64,000 bases of DNA from Laetmonice hystrix (Eukaryota): assembly GCA_965235115.1 (NCBI GenBank), contig OZ249437.1, positions 29,078,001 to 29,142,000 on the forward strand, read 5' to 3'. This document shows positions 1 through 12,687 of this stretch, piece by piece. Numbering within the stretch: position 1 is the stretch's first letter; each line of letters opens with the position of its first letter. The notes beneath the pieces were generated by a model. It did not search any database. It was not told the origin of the DNA and worked only from the letters and a program-made list of their open reading frames with translations. A program made the position numbers and the translations under genes.

Positions 1-150
1 GGGAAGGTCGCAACCTAGCTGAAGTCGCCAAACTGAAAGGTCAGGCTGATTTGTCTGGTGTCATAGCCTGGAAGAGGAACGTCCTAATCCTTTGTCCTGT
101 CTGGCATGTTTAGATTCTGTTGATCATATTTCCTTCCGTTCTGTCCATTA

Positions 151-517
151 TACATTGGCTGGGTGTTATAGATGGGTTTATCATAATTGTTGTATCGGCA
201 TACATTGGCTGGGTATTATAGAGCTGAGGTTCATCATAATTGTTGTATCGGCATACATTGGCTGGCTATTATAGAGCTGAGGTTTATCATAATTGTTGTA
301 TCGGCATACATTGGCTGGGTATTATAGAGCTGAGGTTCATCATAATTGTTGTATCGGCATACATTGGCTGGCTATTATAGAGCTGAGGTTTATCATAATT
401 GTTGTATCGGCATACATTGGCTGGGTATTATAGAGCTGAGGTTCATCATAATTGTTGTATCGGCATACATTGGCTGGGTATTATAGAGCTGAGGTTTATC
501 ATAATTGTTGTATCGGC
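151..517. repeat. 53-bp minisatellite, about 7 copies
   Basis: Unit tacattggctgggtattatagagctgaggttcatcataattgttgtatcggca; copies start at 151 (50-bp variant), 201, 254, 307, 360, 413 and 466. Confidence 0.97.
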
Positions 518-1984
518 TGAGCTAGGACGTCGCCGAGGTGTACTTCCGTAGCATGTCTGAAAGGTAGAGCTGGCCGGAAATTGTCGAGACATCAGTAGAC
601 CACATAGATATAATATAAAATAAATGAGCTGAGGTCACCATTATTATAAATATAAATCTGTAGTCAGTTTTTTAAAAAACCAACCTAACGTAGAATGGCA
701 TTTAGTTGTTTTTCCGGAAATTCTATATTCACGGGATAGTCATGGCGGACTCCAGAACCCCTTTCAAAGTCCCTCTGTAATATTTTCCTGAATTTAGCCC
801 TGATTACCCGCCACCCCCCTTTTGTTTTTGGTGGACTACTTTCCAGGCATGCATCCCCCTGGTGGACACTCCGTTTTAAAATCCTGGACCCGTCTGTGCC
901 CCCCGAGCCCCACAATGCCTTTTAAGATTATTATCCCGTTCCTTTCCGAATCAGCATTAACTGCATTCTGGTAGAACGACTACATGTAACCGCTGGACTC
1001 TGGGACAGTAACCACTTGATCGAAAAGCGAGTCCTGCTGGTACCCAGCAGGAGGGATTTCATCTGTTTGACAGCTGTTGTGGCATGATATGACCGGTCGG
1101 CGCAATATGACTGCGGGTTTTTTTCTTTCTTAGAATCGTCACAATATGAACGTCGGCACAGTATTACCGCTGTTTACTCCCGCAATCGGTACAATATGAC
1201 GGTTTGGTATAGCGTTCTCTCACAAAATTGGCTGAATATTTATGATGTTATGTCACCGTTTTCCCTCAAATTCGGTAAAATATTACGGTTTGGCACCGTT
1301 CCCTCTCAAAATCGGTCAAATATGTCAGTATCTGGGTAAATTACTGATACCAATACCGCCCGAGGATATGCAGAATAGCTATTAATAGAACATAAGAAAT
1401 GTCAGTCTGTGAAACGGGATATTAGAAGATAAAAGATTTTGTCGCATTCCACTACCATGACAATACGCGAAGATGACATTCATCTGGGAATCATTATTAG
1501 TGTACAGAAATGATAGATAGACGCATGCCTCTGTTTTATGGCGATCTACGTACGTAATTACGCATGTTATTCAGCAGAATCTTATTACGCTATGACAACT
1601 AGCACAATAAAAGCAGTTCAATTATATTAGTATTATTGCCGTCCCAGAAACCCAACAAATTAGACATACTCGAATTTGAGTCCTTTCTGGTTGACTCCTC
1701 GGCAACAATCCTTATATAATTATGTAGCCGAGGCATTATAGACCGGGCTATGTCGACAGAGATACGGCTCCCCTGGTGTAAAGTTCAATGATCTAGCGCT
1801 GACCACATCCAAGGTGGGTGCCGATACCGAGAAAATGAACACCTGAGTTTGCCTTATTTACTGCAGTGGATCAGAGAACATTATATTGGTGCTCAAATCT
1901 TCAGTTGGTGTATCTATATAATCTATAACAGACTCCTTGTTATTAGAATTTCAAGTAAACGTTTGTCAGCTTTCTTCAGGTTCA

Positions 1985-2554
1985 TGTCCTTCCGGGTGCG
2001 ACATCACTCACTGCCAGACAGGAGGTGTCCCCGGGTGTGACATCACTCACTGCCAGACAGGAGGTGTCCCCGGGTGTGACATCACTCACTGCCAGACAGG
2101 GGGTGTCCTTCCGGGTGTGACATCACTCACTGCCAGACAGGAGGTGTCCTTCCGGGTGTGACATCACTCACTGCCAGACAGGAGGTGTCCTTCCGGGTGT
2201 GACATTACTCACTGCCAGACAGGAGGTGTCCCCGGGTGTGACATCACTCACTGCCAGACAGGAGGTGTCCTTCCGGGTGTGACATCACTCACTGCCAGAC
2301 AGGGGGTGTCCTTCCGGGTGTGACATCGCTCACTGCCAGACAGGGGGTGTCCTTCCGGGTGTGACATCACTCAGTGCCAGGCATGGGGTGTCCTTCCGGG
2401 TGTGACATCACTCACTGCCAGACAGGGGGTGTCCTTCCGGGTGTGACATCACTCACTGCCAGACAGGAGGTGTCCTTCCGGGTGTGACATCACTCACTGC
2501 CAGACAGGGGGTGTCCTTCCGGGTGTGACATCACTCACTGCCTGACAGGGGGTG
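1985..2554. repeat. 41-bp (39-bp variant) GC-rich minisatellite, about 14 copies
   Basis: Unit ccttccgggtgtgacatcactcactgccagacagg(a/g)ggtgt; some copies carry ccccggg instead of ccttccggg. Confidence 0.97.
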
Positions 2555-4616
2555 CTGGAAAGGTCCATGAAGGGACCGCTTCATCATCCATGACGAAGTC
2601 CTTTGTTAAGGGGCCAGCTCGAATATAATATAACGACGAAATTGCCCTCTACCAGTGTGAATCAGCCTTACCCATTTTCTGTAACTTGCAGTTCAAACCA
2701 TCACCCAGTATGGAAAAACAACCCTCCCCCGCAGACACCAGTGGCATCTCAAGAGCCTCACGTTGCCATTAATCTTAGACATCTTGTCAACAACGCCATC
2801 TAACGGGGGATTCCCCCCTGGGCGCGCATCGTCATAATGAGCTACGTTGCTTTGTAGATAGCCCGTCGGTTAGTGTTACATTGAATGTGCCTCAGTTTGT
2901 GATAACATGAGTACAGCCTGGGCTTGTGTATAGGTATATATTGGTGGTGGAGCGTTTGTGGGTGGGTTTCCCTACAACAGTTAATAGGGCCCCATTGCCT
3001 GTCGCTGACGTCATACCAACTGCGGGCTGTTTCGAAATATAAACTCTGCGAGTCCTATATTGGAGTATACTATTTCACATTTCACTCACATACGGGCGAA
3101 TGCATGATCATCATATTTATACACAATATAGCTAGGGGTGAAAAGTATGTTATAACTCGTCGTTACATATTCGGGCTGGGCCTTTAAGGGTGAGCGGGGC
3201 TTAATAGGGGAGGGGGATGTCCCCGGGGCGGGTACGCAATGCTATAGTCAGTATCCACTGTGATAATTTTTTGCATGATATACAGTAACGAAGTCAACCC
3301 TGAGGAGGGTTTACAGACATTTGTTTTACTTTGAAGTTATTACTTTTGTCGGCAATACACATAGGCGAAAATAGGCACAAGACAGGCGAACTGGGCTCAA
3401 ATGCTTCATCATATATCGTTGACAACTGAAAGAACTACTATAAGCTAGCGTTCAGATCTCAGATTCAAGCTTTGATGTGAAGGTGTCCATTTGCCATTGA
3501 GTATAAGCAGACTGCTACGCATTAGAAAATACACTGCACGTTGAAAAGCTAATTCCCAAAAGATTAATATGACTGGAAATGATTTATGTTAAGGCAACAT
3601 GTTGGCTCAGACGTCAAATGTTTCAAATCAACTATATAATAGCCATGACTAGGAGAAAGGACCTGGCATTTTGCATTCTTTACATGAGGATGTGCACAAC
3701 TGTAATTCACTTTGTAAACAAAAAAAAAAAGAAAGGAGAATGTGAAAAAAGGTCTTGTGCGTCCAGTGTTTGGTGAAAGTGTCGTATTCTCTACAAATGA
3801 TGGTAAAAACAACCACTTTTACCTCATGGCTGAATTTGGTAATCGCGTTATTTGATGTTTTATAAGAAGTTGGTAACAATGAATTTTGAAGAAGCTGGAT
3901 GATTATTGTGTTTTAATTAGTCATCAAAGGCTGCCTCACTTTTTGAAAGAAATACATGTCCAATATTCCAATACTCTCCCTGGAAGCAATTACAGATGTG
4001 TCTGTGTAGTAAATGTCAAAAAAGTTCCTATCAATAAACTTCAAACGTCAGTAATGGTGAAGTGTTGTAACCATCAGAGTTTGAAGTACCCGGCTGTGGT
4101 TTTACGATGGTGAAAGGCGCGCTGGTCAGATACGTCCCTCTAGAATTGGCTATCACTAACCAGTAACTGGAGTGGACCGTGCCGACAGACAGATCTATAT
4201 ATCCTCCAGGGAAAACGGCCTAACCCTCATCTGTTTATAGGCATGAACTGCGGCAAGTACCTTTGGCTGATCCAGACAGACAAGCCTAGCCAAGGGAATA
4301 ATCATTAGGATAGCAGGCAAACTTTCACCTTCCACTAAACACCAACACAGCCATCGATCTTCACATAAATGCATGCCTGTCTGAGCAAGTAAATCTGACT
4401 GGAGATTGAAATGTACGCCTGAGGATGAAGATTTCTCAATGTTTTCCTTCAACGGTGACTTAATCGGAGCTTGTCGTTGTTAGTGGTTGCTCAGAGACTG
4501 AAAGCTGTGCTGCGTTGACAGTTTATTACCGGAGCTAAGCGCAGTGTTCTAATAAAGTCGCGTTGCCTGTTTACGTTTTTTGAGTTTTTTGAGAGAAACG
4601 AAATCAGTAACTTGTC

Positions 4617-4698
4617 TGCATAAATTCCCGTTCGCTAAAGTTGCCATTGAACGTCAACGGCAATTTTAGCGAGCGGGAATTTATGCAACGGCCCCCCT
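4617..4698. mobile_element. Short palindromic MITE-like element (71-nt hairpin plus one Harbinger-like end)
   Basis: tgcataaattcccgttcgctaaagttgcc (4617-4645) and ggcaattttagcgagcgggaatttatgca (4659-4687) are inverted repeats with 2 mismatches in 29; the right flank ttatgcaacggccccc resembles Harbinger-type MITE ends. Confidence 0.6.
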
Positions 4699-6315
4699 GT
4701 GCGAATCTAGAAATTGATGAACAGGTTCCAGCGGGGAACCCCCTTCATTACTACGTTGCTTGGTTGCTTGTTTTCCCTCTCTCTAGTAAATAAACAGTGA
4801 CGGGTGGGAGGGACCGCTAAGCCCTTATTTCGTGAATGGGCCCTAGCCATAGCCTACAAAATTTGATGGGCCAATCCGATTAACAATAGTAAGTGCCACC
4901 TTGGCTGCTCTAAATCGCCGGGACAGACTTGCCATTCAGACGTGCTCTCATGCAATAGGTCATTGCAGGAGGGGAGTGTCATTTATGAGCAGGACACGCC
5001 ACGCTCATCTGGCTGTACCGCCCGCGCCCATATCCACAGCGCCCGCGCACATATTAACAGCTCAGTGCTCAGTTTTGAGAATGCAGTCTCCCTTGGTGAT
5101 GAATGCACTCGTTGGTATAAGACATTTTGGCACTGATTTGTGGAGATGTAGCATCATTGTTGGTGGAGGATATTAACTGATCAGAATCTTTATGTGCGGA
5201 GACAGTCGCCGCAGTTGGAACTGGAAACTCGGCACTGTGACAGATGGAGCAGATCAGGATCTGTGCAGAGAGGGAAGGTCAGTTTTCTGAGATAAAGTGA
5301 TGGATTGATAGCTTAGAGTCGGCCTGATGAGAACCTTCGTTACATTGGCTCACTTCAGCCATGCTGCTTTGGATGCCAATATACAGCTCTGGCTTTATCA
5401 CCAGGGAGCAGTATTGCCATCGCCCAAACGCTATTCAGATTTAGCTGAATGAATTACAGACGCTGAAGCCATAGTACTTTCATGCGTTAGTACCATTTAC
5501 TGAGGCATTTTACTGTTTCGAATGTTGCGCTCTTGGAGAAATTCAGGTAATATACCTAATAAAATTGACTTTATTCCCTTTATGCTTCAAGATTGCTTGG
5601 CTTTAATAGATCGAGATACAGCAGCGGGTTCAGGAATGGGGGTCACTGGAGTCATCAATGAAGTATATCAGAAATTGAGGCATTCTTCATGTAACGGCAG
5701 AAAGATGGCGTTATTGTCTCTTAGAAACCCAGCTGATTGACTTTATGTGTCGATAAACAAAACACGAGTATAGCTTATTCTCTAAATCAGTATCGGCTCC
5801 GATGGATTTAGGCACGAAGTAAGGTGATAGTCTAAAACTTTATTCTCTCCTAATAGCCGTCCTCTCCGCCCCCAAACAGCTCTTAGAATCAGCAGCTTTC
5901 AGGTGCTGATTTTAACTAAAGCCGTAGAAGATTCCCGTCAGGCTGGCGATCAGGGATCCAAGGTTGTTGTAAGATATCGTGGTTCGTTCACCAAGCCAAA
6001 ATGGCGGTAAGGGTCTGGAGGAGGGTGATTTTAGTGACGTCAACAGGTACCGCGCAGGACGCCCACTGGGAAGCCATCTCAGCCCTTATACTAGCGAGCT
6101 CTAGTTGAACTCCTAAGTAACCATTTTCCTAAGTACCTGGATCTCTTCAACATCGCCCCCTTAGTTGGCTAGAGGTACCTCGAGCTGAATATGTGACATT
6201 CAGCCTGGCGGTTTTATATTTTATAGCTGAAATTCTGATAGCTGTGCATGTAGCGACAGTACCGCCAGTCCGCATTTATATCTAAAACAATACGGAAATT
6301 TTAAATAGTATTGGA

Positions 6316-7454
6316 GGTTTATATCGAGGTTTTCCATTTCACTGTGTTGGATAGCAATAGCGTAACGTGTGATTTATATCGAGGTTTTCCATTTCACTGT
6401 GTTGGATAGCAATAGCGTAACGTGTGATAACGTGCGGTTTATATCCAGGTTTTCCATTTCACTGTGTTGGATAGCAATAGGCCTAGCGTAACGTGTCATA
6501 ACGTGAGGTTTATTTCCAGGTTTTCCATTTCACTGTGTTGGATAGCAATAGCGTAACGTGTGGTTTATATCCAGGTTTTCCATTTCACTGTGTTGGATAG
6601 CAATAGGCCTAGCGTAACGTGTGATAACGTGAGGTTTATATCCAGGTTTTCCATTTCACTGTTTTGGACAGCAATAGCGTAACGTGTGATAACGTGTGGT
6701 TTATATCCAGGTTTTCCATTTCACTGTGTTGGATAGCAATAGCGTAATGTGTGATCTAACGTGTGGTTTATATCCAGGTTTTCCATTCCACTGTGTTGGA
6801 TAGCAATAGCGTACCGTGTGATCTAACGTGTGGTTTATATCCAGGTTTTCCATTTCACTGTGTTGGATAGCAATAGCGTAACGTGTGATAACGTGCGGTT
6901 TATATCCAGGTTTTCCATTTCACTGTGTTGGATAGCAATAGCGTAACGTGTGATAACGTGCGGTTTATATCCAGGTTTTCCATTTCACTGTGTTGGATAG
7001 CAATAGCGTAACGTGTGATAACGTGCGGTTTATATCCAGATTTTCCATTTCACTGTGTTGGATAGCAATAGCGTAACGTGTGATAACGTGCGGTTTATAT
7101 CCAGGTTTTCCATTTCACTGTGTTGGATAGCAATAGCGTAACGTGTGATAACGTGCGGTTTATATCCAGGTTTTCCATTTCACTGTGTTGGATAGCAATA
7201 GCGTAACGTGTGATAACGTGCGGTTTATATCCAGGTTTTCCATTTCACTGTGTTGGATAGCAATAGCGTAACGTGTGATAACGTGCGGTTTATATCCAGG
7301 TTTTCCATTTCACTGTGTTGGATAGCAATAGCGTAACGTGTGGTTTATATCCAGGTTTTCCATTTCACTGTGTTGGATAACGTGTGATAACGTGTGGTTT
7401 ATATCCATGTTTTCCATTTCACTGTGTTGGATAGCAATAGCGTAACGTGTGATA
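6316..7454. repeat. 65-bp minisatellite, about 18 copies
   Basis: Unit ggtttatatccaggttttccatttcactgtgttggatagcaatagcgtaacgtgtgataacgtgc, with length variants. Confidence 0.97.
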
Positions 7455-9039
7455 AGTATGTTACATACCCCTTATCATTTGACAGTGTGGACAGTTTCCA
7501 GTTTTGTTAAAACCTAAAACGCATATCCTACTATGTTTCCATCAGTTGTCACGCTACAGGTTTCCTTGCCGCACCTATCTTTGGTTGAGAAAAGGTCAAC
7601 CATCTTATGGCCTGTCGCAAACATGCACCACTTCTAGCCGACTCCACATTCGGACCTTCTGGCCGGGAAACGGCCACATTACTGGGGGTTACATCCAGTC
7701 TGCTGTTGTAGTCCATACATTCTATACTGTCCTAAATGTCTGCCAAGGGGGTATACAGTGGCGAGTCCAGAAGCTCCCATGAAATCAATCAGAGATTCCG
7801 TCTATTAGATACCCTATATTAAAACGTTGTCATACGGAGAATATTGGTACCACGGTGTTGTAGTCAGGATCCCACAAATATTTTACTATAGACCATAATC
7901 CGCGGGTGTTAGGGTGTGGTTGGGTCGACCCTACGTCCCCCCTTGATCCCCGCCCTTGCTATAGTATGTCACATACACAGCCGGTTGTAAGCCGGTGGCG
8001 CTGTGAAGCCATGACCGACACCTTGACCTGTCACGCGCGCGGACCACTGTAACAGATCGGCACGAAGGACGACAACCTGAGCAGAGTTTCACCGACCACC
8101 AGGTGCGCTGCCCACCTGCCCCCAGGGGGCGCAAGCGCCAGTTGCCATAATTGCTATATCCAATTGGTGGATGTCATGAAGAGGAGGAATACGGGATTGC
8201 AATTTTGACGGCAACAAGATAGATTCAGTAGATGTATCCCAGTTTGCCTGCAAGGCACGACCAAACGGTTCCAACGATCCTAAGCCAGTGATGAATCCAT
8301 AGGATTCATTAGTGTCGTATCTCTGGTTTGGGTGCAGTGGTGATGAGACTCCAACTCCCATGGGGATTGGGGACTATAGTGTCCTTTGATTCTATGAAAA
8401 ATGGTATTACAGTACAAGGATAATTGCACTTCTAAAAGTACTCAATAGGGAGCGGTGTGGTCCAAATGGGTCCCATCTTCATGAAGCACGCCCACCCCCT
8501 CCTCCTCCAGCAAAACCGGCCTGTTTATGTTGATAAAATATAGCACCTATTGGGCCTTTTTTATTGGCTGAAAATGACCTCACAGGGCAAAGCGGCACTT
8601 TAAAACCTGTCCTCAGTCTGCATAAGTCAATCAATGGACGGTCTGGCTGATAGTCTCTACGTTCAACGACCTATACACCCATCTAGAGGACATAAGTTCC
8701 TGTACGGTTGTTCTTGAGGAGGAGGCCTATAGTGAAATAACTCAGGAGACAGCTCAGGAGACTAGGCCAATGTTGGGGTGTATAGATATTGTTAGGCCAC
8801 ATCATAGGATATCTAAAGTAACCAACAGAACTTAAAGGCAAAGATGTGTCAAAAATCACATTTAAACTGCAGCTAGGCCTCCATTTAGTCCATACATTCT
8901 GTACTGTCCGAAATTTCTGCCAAAGGGGTATTAGGCTACTAACATTCCACAGTAGTGTCTGGAAATAAATCCCCTCCCCCCCCCCCCTCCGTTCCGAAAA
9001 ATAGGATGTCGAATATGGTATTTCCATAAAAATCGCCTG

Positions 9040-9310
9040 ATTCATGAGCGCCGCCATTGTGGTACTGTCCGGAAGTCCATTGACGTCACAGTGTCTTATT
9101 ATAGTTATTTGGACATGCGCATGCTGCTGTCTGCTAACAAGCGAGCGGACCGATCCTGAATCAGTCGAGGCCGGGGTTGTCGGTAGGCCTAGAGCCTCGG
9201 GCTAAGCTATAGAGGCAGCCAGGGCGGGTGGGTGATGCTGGACAGGTAGCATGCACAGACAAAGAGGCGCCGAGGGGGTCAGCGCGTGTTGACGGGTGAC
9301 TGCAGCCTGC
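9040..9310. promoter_or_regulatory. CpG-rich cluster of housekeeping-promoter-type motifs
   Basis: YY1-like GCCGCCATTGT 9050-9060, ETS CCGGAAGT 9069-9076, CRE TGACGTCA 9081-9088, NRF1-like CATGCGCATG 9114-9123, GC box GGGCGG 9222-9227. Motif presence only; no functional data. Confidence 0.4.
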
Positions 9311-9578
9311 AGGGCCGGTGTGACAAGAAACCAAGTCCCCCTGAAATGCAGGTCCAATGTACCTGCATTCCTAGGACTTGAAGTCCGCGATGTTGTATTT
9401 TTTTGAATATTTCTTCATAATCCTAGCCCTAATCCTAACCTTAACCCTAATCCAATTGGATTTTCTTATTTATATTGTCCGATACCACGATGTTGATGAC
9501 GTAGGACCTGCATAACCAAGAATCCAGGTCCGGCTGACCTCCATTCCGGCGGACTTACATTCCGTTCACACCGGCCCT
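9311..9578. mobile_element. 268-bp MITE-like element with 13-bp terminal inverted repeats (TIRs) and internal telomere-like repeats
   Basis: agggccggtgtga (9311-9323) and tcacaccggccct (9566-9578) are exact inverted repeats; degenerate (CCCTAA)n at 9422-9453; no target-site duplication (TSD) seen. Confidence 0.7.
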
Positions 9579-12559
9579 AGGCCTGGGGTGGCGCGGCCAC
9601 TGAGGCTCCGGTCAAGTCCATGTGGCGCTTATGGCTGTAAGCTGCAATTTCCCTCTAATTCATATTCGCTACCATCCAAGTGGCACCTCAACAACGCCAG
9701 ACATCTTTGTATATCACCCTTCTACCAGAGGTCACTTTTGCGGAAACCAACCTCTTCTGGTTATGTATTGTGGAATAGCACGGGACTATACTGTCACTAG
9801 TGTCAGTGTCAAGATGGACACCTCCGAGCAGTTAGCTACTACCCCCAAAATAATTATAATCAAACATTATTTCTATCTCTTTCTGTACATTTTTTCGCGC
9901 GCGTATGCAGATACGATTGCACCAGTGCATTGTTGGAACGAGCATGCTTCGAGAATGTAGGGAGAGCAGTCGTGCTGCGATTGGTCAGATACTGTGACGT
10001 CAAATTAGCAGACGCTATGGCGGTATCCAGACGCTGAGAAGGCTACGGCACTAAAATGCTTATATTTTAACTATTTGAGCAGCAGTTGTGTTCAAATCTT
10101 TTCTAACTTGCTTAAAGTTTCAAGGCCTATGTGTCTGGTCATGTACCCACTAGCGGAAGCCTTTTCCTTTAGCGTTATGGATATTAAAGGTTCACTGGCC
10201 ACAGAGTGACATGGGATGGACTGTAAAAACATGCATTTTCCTGAAGCAGTCTGCACAGCCGGAGGTAATCGGCACAGCCGCCCTCGCATAATGAAATCTT
10301 AATTCCATAATGTCGTGGAAATCTGACTTCTGTTGGGGTTAATGTGAAAGCATAATGGGTTATATCACCGGGATTCAAATGACGGGGCGCCAGGTGATCG
10401 CGTCACTTGAGAAAGAACTAGTGCACATTGGGGGGGGGGAGGTTGGTTTGGAAAGTTTGGAGGAAGATCACTTTCTGATAACGACTATTGGCCGAATATA
10501 AGTCCAGAAAAGGGTGCTATCAGATCAACAGTTTTCAACCAACAAACTTCGGTTTTCATGTTTTATTGTTTTTTTTTCTCGTTCAAAACTATTTTATGGA
10601 CTAATTACAGCGTCGTAACCTTGGTGCTGTTTACTCTCTCTGTACCGGAGGGCATGCAGTCGACAGTGTTTTTACCTCTCTTAATGACACTGATTTTTAA
10701 CCTTCTCTGTGGTAATACCTGCAGGGACTTGAAATATTAAGCTCGTACAATTTTAACGGTTTTAAGTTTGCCTGATGTGATTTCTGCTCAGGCCTCATCT
10801 CAAATCAGGCTCTTTTCATCCGTCGTTCTTATGAACATGATTCACGGTCGTATTTTTTATCCAATTGTCATTAATGTTATTTACCTGAAAAATTACAAGT
10901 TCCTTCACCGTCGAAGTCAGTCTCTCCCCTATTCCTTCATATTTAGTTGAGGGACTAATACTGCAAGAGTACTAATGTAAGCTTGGGCAAATGTCACAGT
11001 ATAACGTGCAAAAATGCACATACAAACATTTTATGAGGTCCCAGAAAGATCAAGAGTAGGTTATGTGATGTCCTAAAGTTAAGTCATTTCCTAATGTTTC
11101 GCACTTGAAGATATGGTGGTGTTGAAGCATTGCCATAAAAAATCTCGTGCTAAACCAACAAGAAACAGAAAAAATGTCACAACATTTCACGCATTTACAC
11201 GCCTTTCAAAACACTGACCCTGTTACGAGAACGAGGCTCCGGTGACAGCTGATGTCGACCTGAGGAGAAACGTCACATTCCAGTCGACATACACAGGTGT
11301 GTTAGTGCGGCGTCAACACCTGTGTCTTCTTCCTCGACCTGCACCATTGCTCAGTGCCCGAATGATGTCTGCTGCGTGCCATCTTCACCATGTCACACCT
11401 GCCTCCCGCTCCTACTCCTCCCTCGGCAGACAGCATCATTCAGGCAATATCGTTCTGGCCTACATTCGCCTCTCTGTATGACATTTGTACTACGTGACAA
11501 AGGCAGGAATTGTTTGTTTATGATTGGATGATATACATATACATTACATGGATCTTCGGAAATCAGGAAAGCCTGCGGATGTAAACGATCTTTCCGTAGC
11601 TGAACAAAAACCGATAAAGTCACCGAAAACGCCAGTATTTGAATCTGCCTTGTTGCAGTGAAGAGGGTTTTTTTTCTTTCTATTGCTTCTTATTGTTTCA
11701 TCTTCCCCAAAACTTCGAACTAGAAAAATGCCACCTTCAGAAAGTAAGAAAACACTTTTGAGGGGTTCATCATTACGTACGTACAGGGTTCGGCGAAGCC
11801 GAAGCAGTTATTTCCTGTTTCTGGCTTCGCTGAAAGTGGCCACCACAGACAATGTAATCTTAATTGTGGTGGACATTTTAGGAGCCACAAATCGGCGTTT
11901 TTATGAGTGTGAAGGACCGTCTGCCTGGATTGATTAGGACAATGGTCCATGGTAATGAGTTCTGTTGTACCGATACAAAGAGGAGAACAGGAGATTGGCT
12001 AGGACAAGTCGACTGCTCAATTATCCGACCGTTAATTGGACTGTTGACATACTGGGAGGAAACCTTTTTAACGATGGGGTAGATATTAATTATGGAAAAC
12101 TTTAGCCATTCCATGGTAACCACGTGATATTTGAAAAAGGTACCTTGACTTGTCATTTTATCGTATTGGACACGTGTATTTTGGTGAAGTAGGGTACATT
12201 AAAGAAAACTGTATGTTTGCGATTGTAGATTGTTATTTTAATGTATTCGTAGAGGGATATGTTGTCTCCCAAGCACTGTCGTGGTATTATTGGCAAGCGT
12301 TTCCCCGATAGTTGTGTAGTCGGATAACGGAGTCCACTGGCAGAACTTTACATATTTATTTTTTAGTGAGTGGATTCATTGACCTGCCCTGCGACCTGGC
12401 CCCGCTTTCCCTTCATATTTTTCCTTCCTATAGTCAAAGGTTTAATCGCAGCTTCAGGTGTTGAATTCTGTATAGCTTCATTCCTACATTACAATTATGT
12501 AGGTAACATAATGAATAGACGCTTCTTCATAAAGCTTTTTAGTCGTCTATATTCGTCAT

Positions 12560-12687
12560 TGCATGTTCAGCAGCTGCAAACCACCTCCGTTACAATGCGA
12601 ACCATGTTCAGCAGCTGCAAACTGCATCCATTACATTGCTGACCATGTTCAGCAGCTGCAAACTACATCCGTTACATTGCTAACCAT
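12560..12687. repeat. 41-bp tandem repeat, 3 copies (unrelated to the 1985-2554 unit)
   Basis: catgttcagcagctgcaaac... recurs at 12562, 12603 and 12644. Confidence 0.93.

Noticed and set aside
3-38. Possible 3' end of an exon (EGRNLAEVAKLK, aaag|gtcagg)
   Set aside because: Too short, truncated by the window edge, not SCYL-like, and the donor is mediocre.
1937-2161. ORF with GGVPGCDITHCQT repeats
   Set aside because: It is a translation of consecutive 39-bp minisatellite units; the frame breaks in the 41-bp units.
11724-11743. Candidate ATG-containing micro-exon (ctag|aaaaATGCCACCTTCAGAAA|gtaaga) after a long pyrimidine tract
   Set aside because: Ends in phase 1, which is incompatible with the phase-0 exon at 15010; no homology; context looks like a repeat tail.
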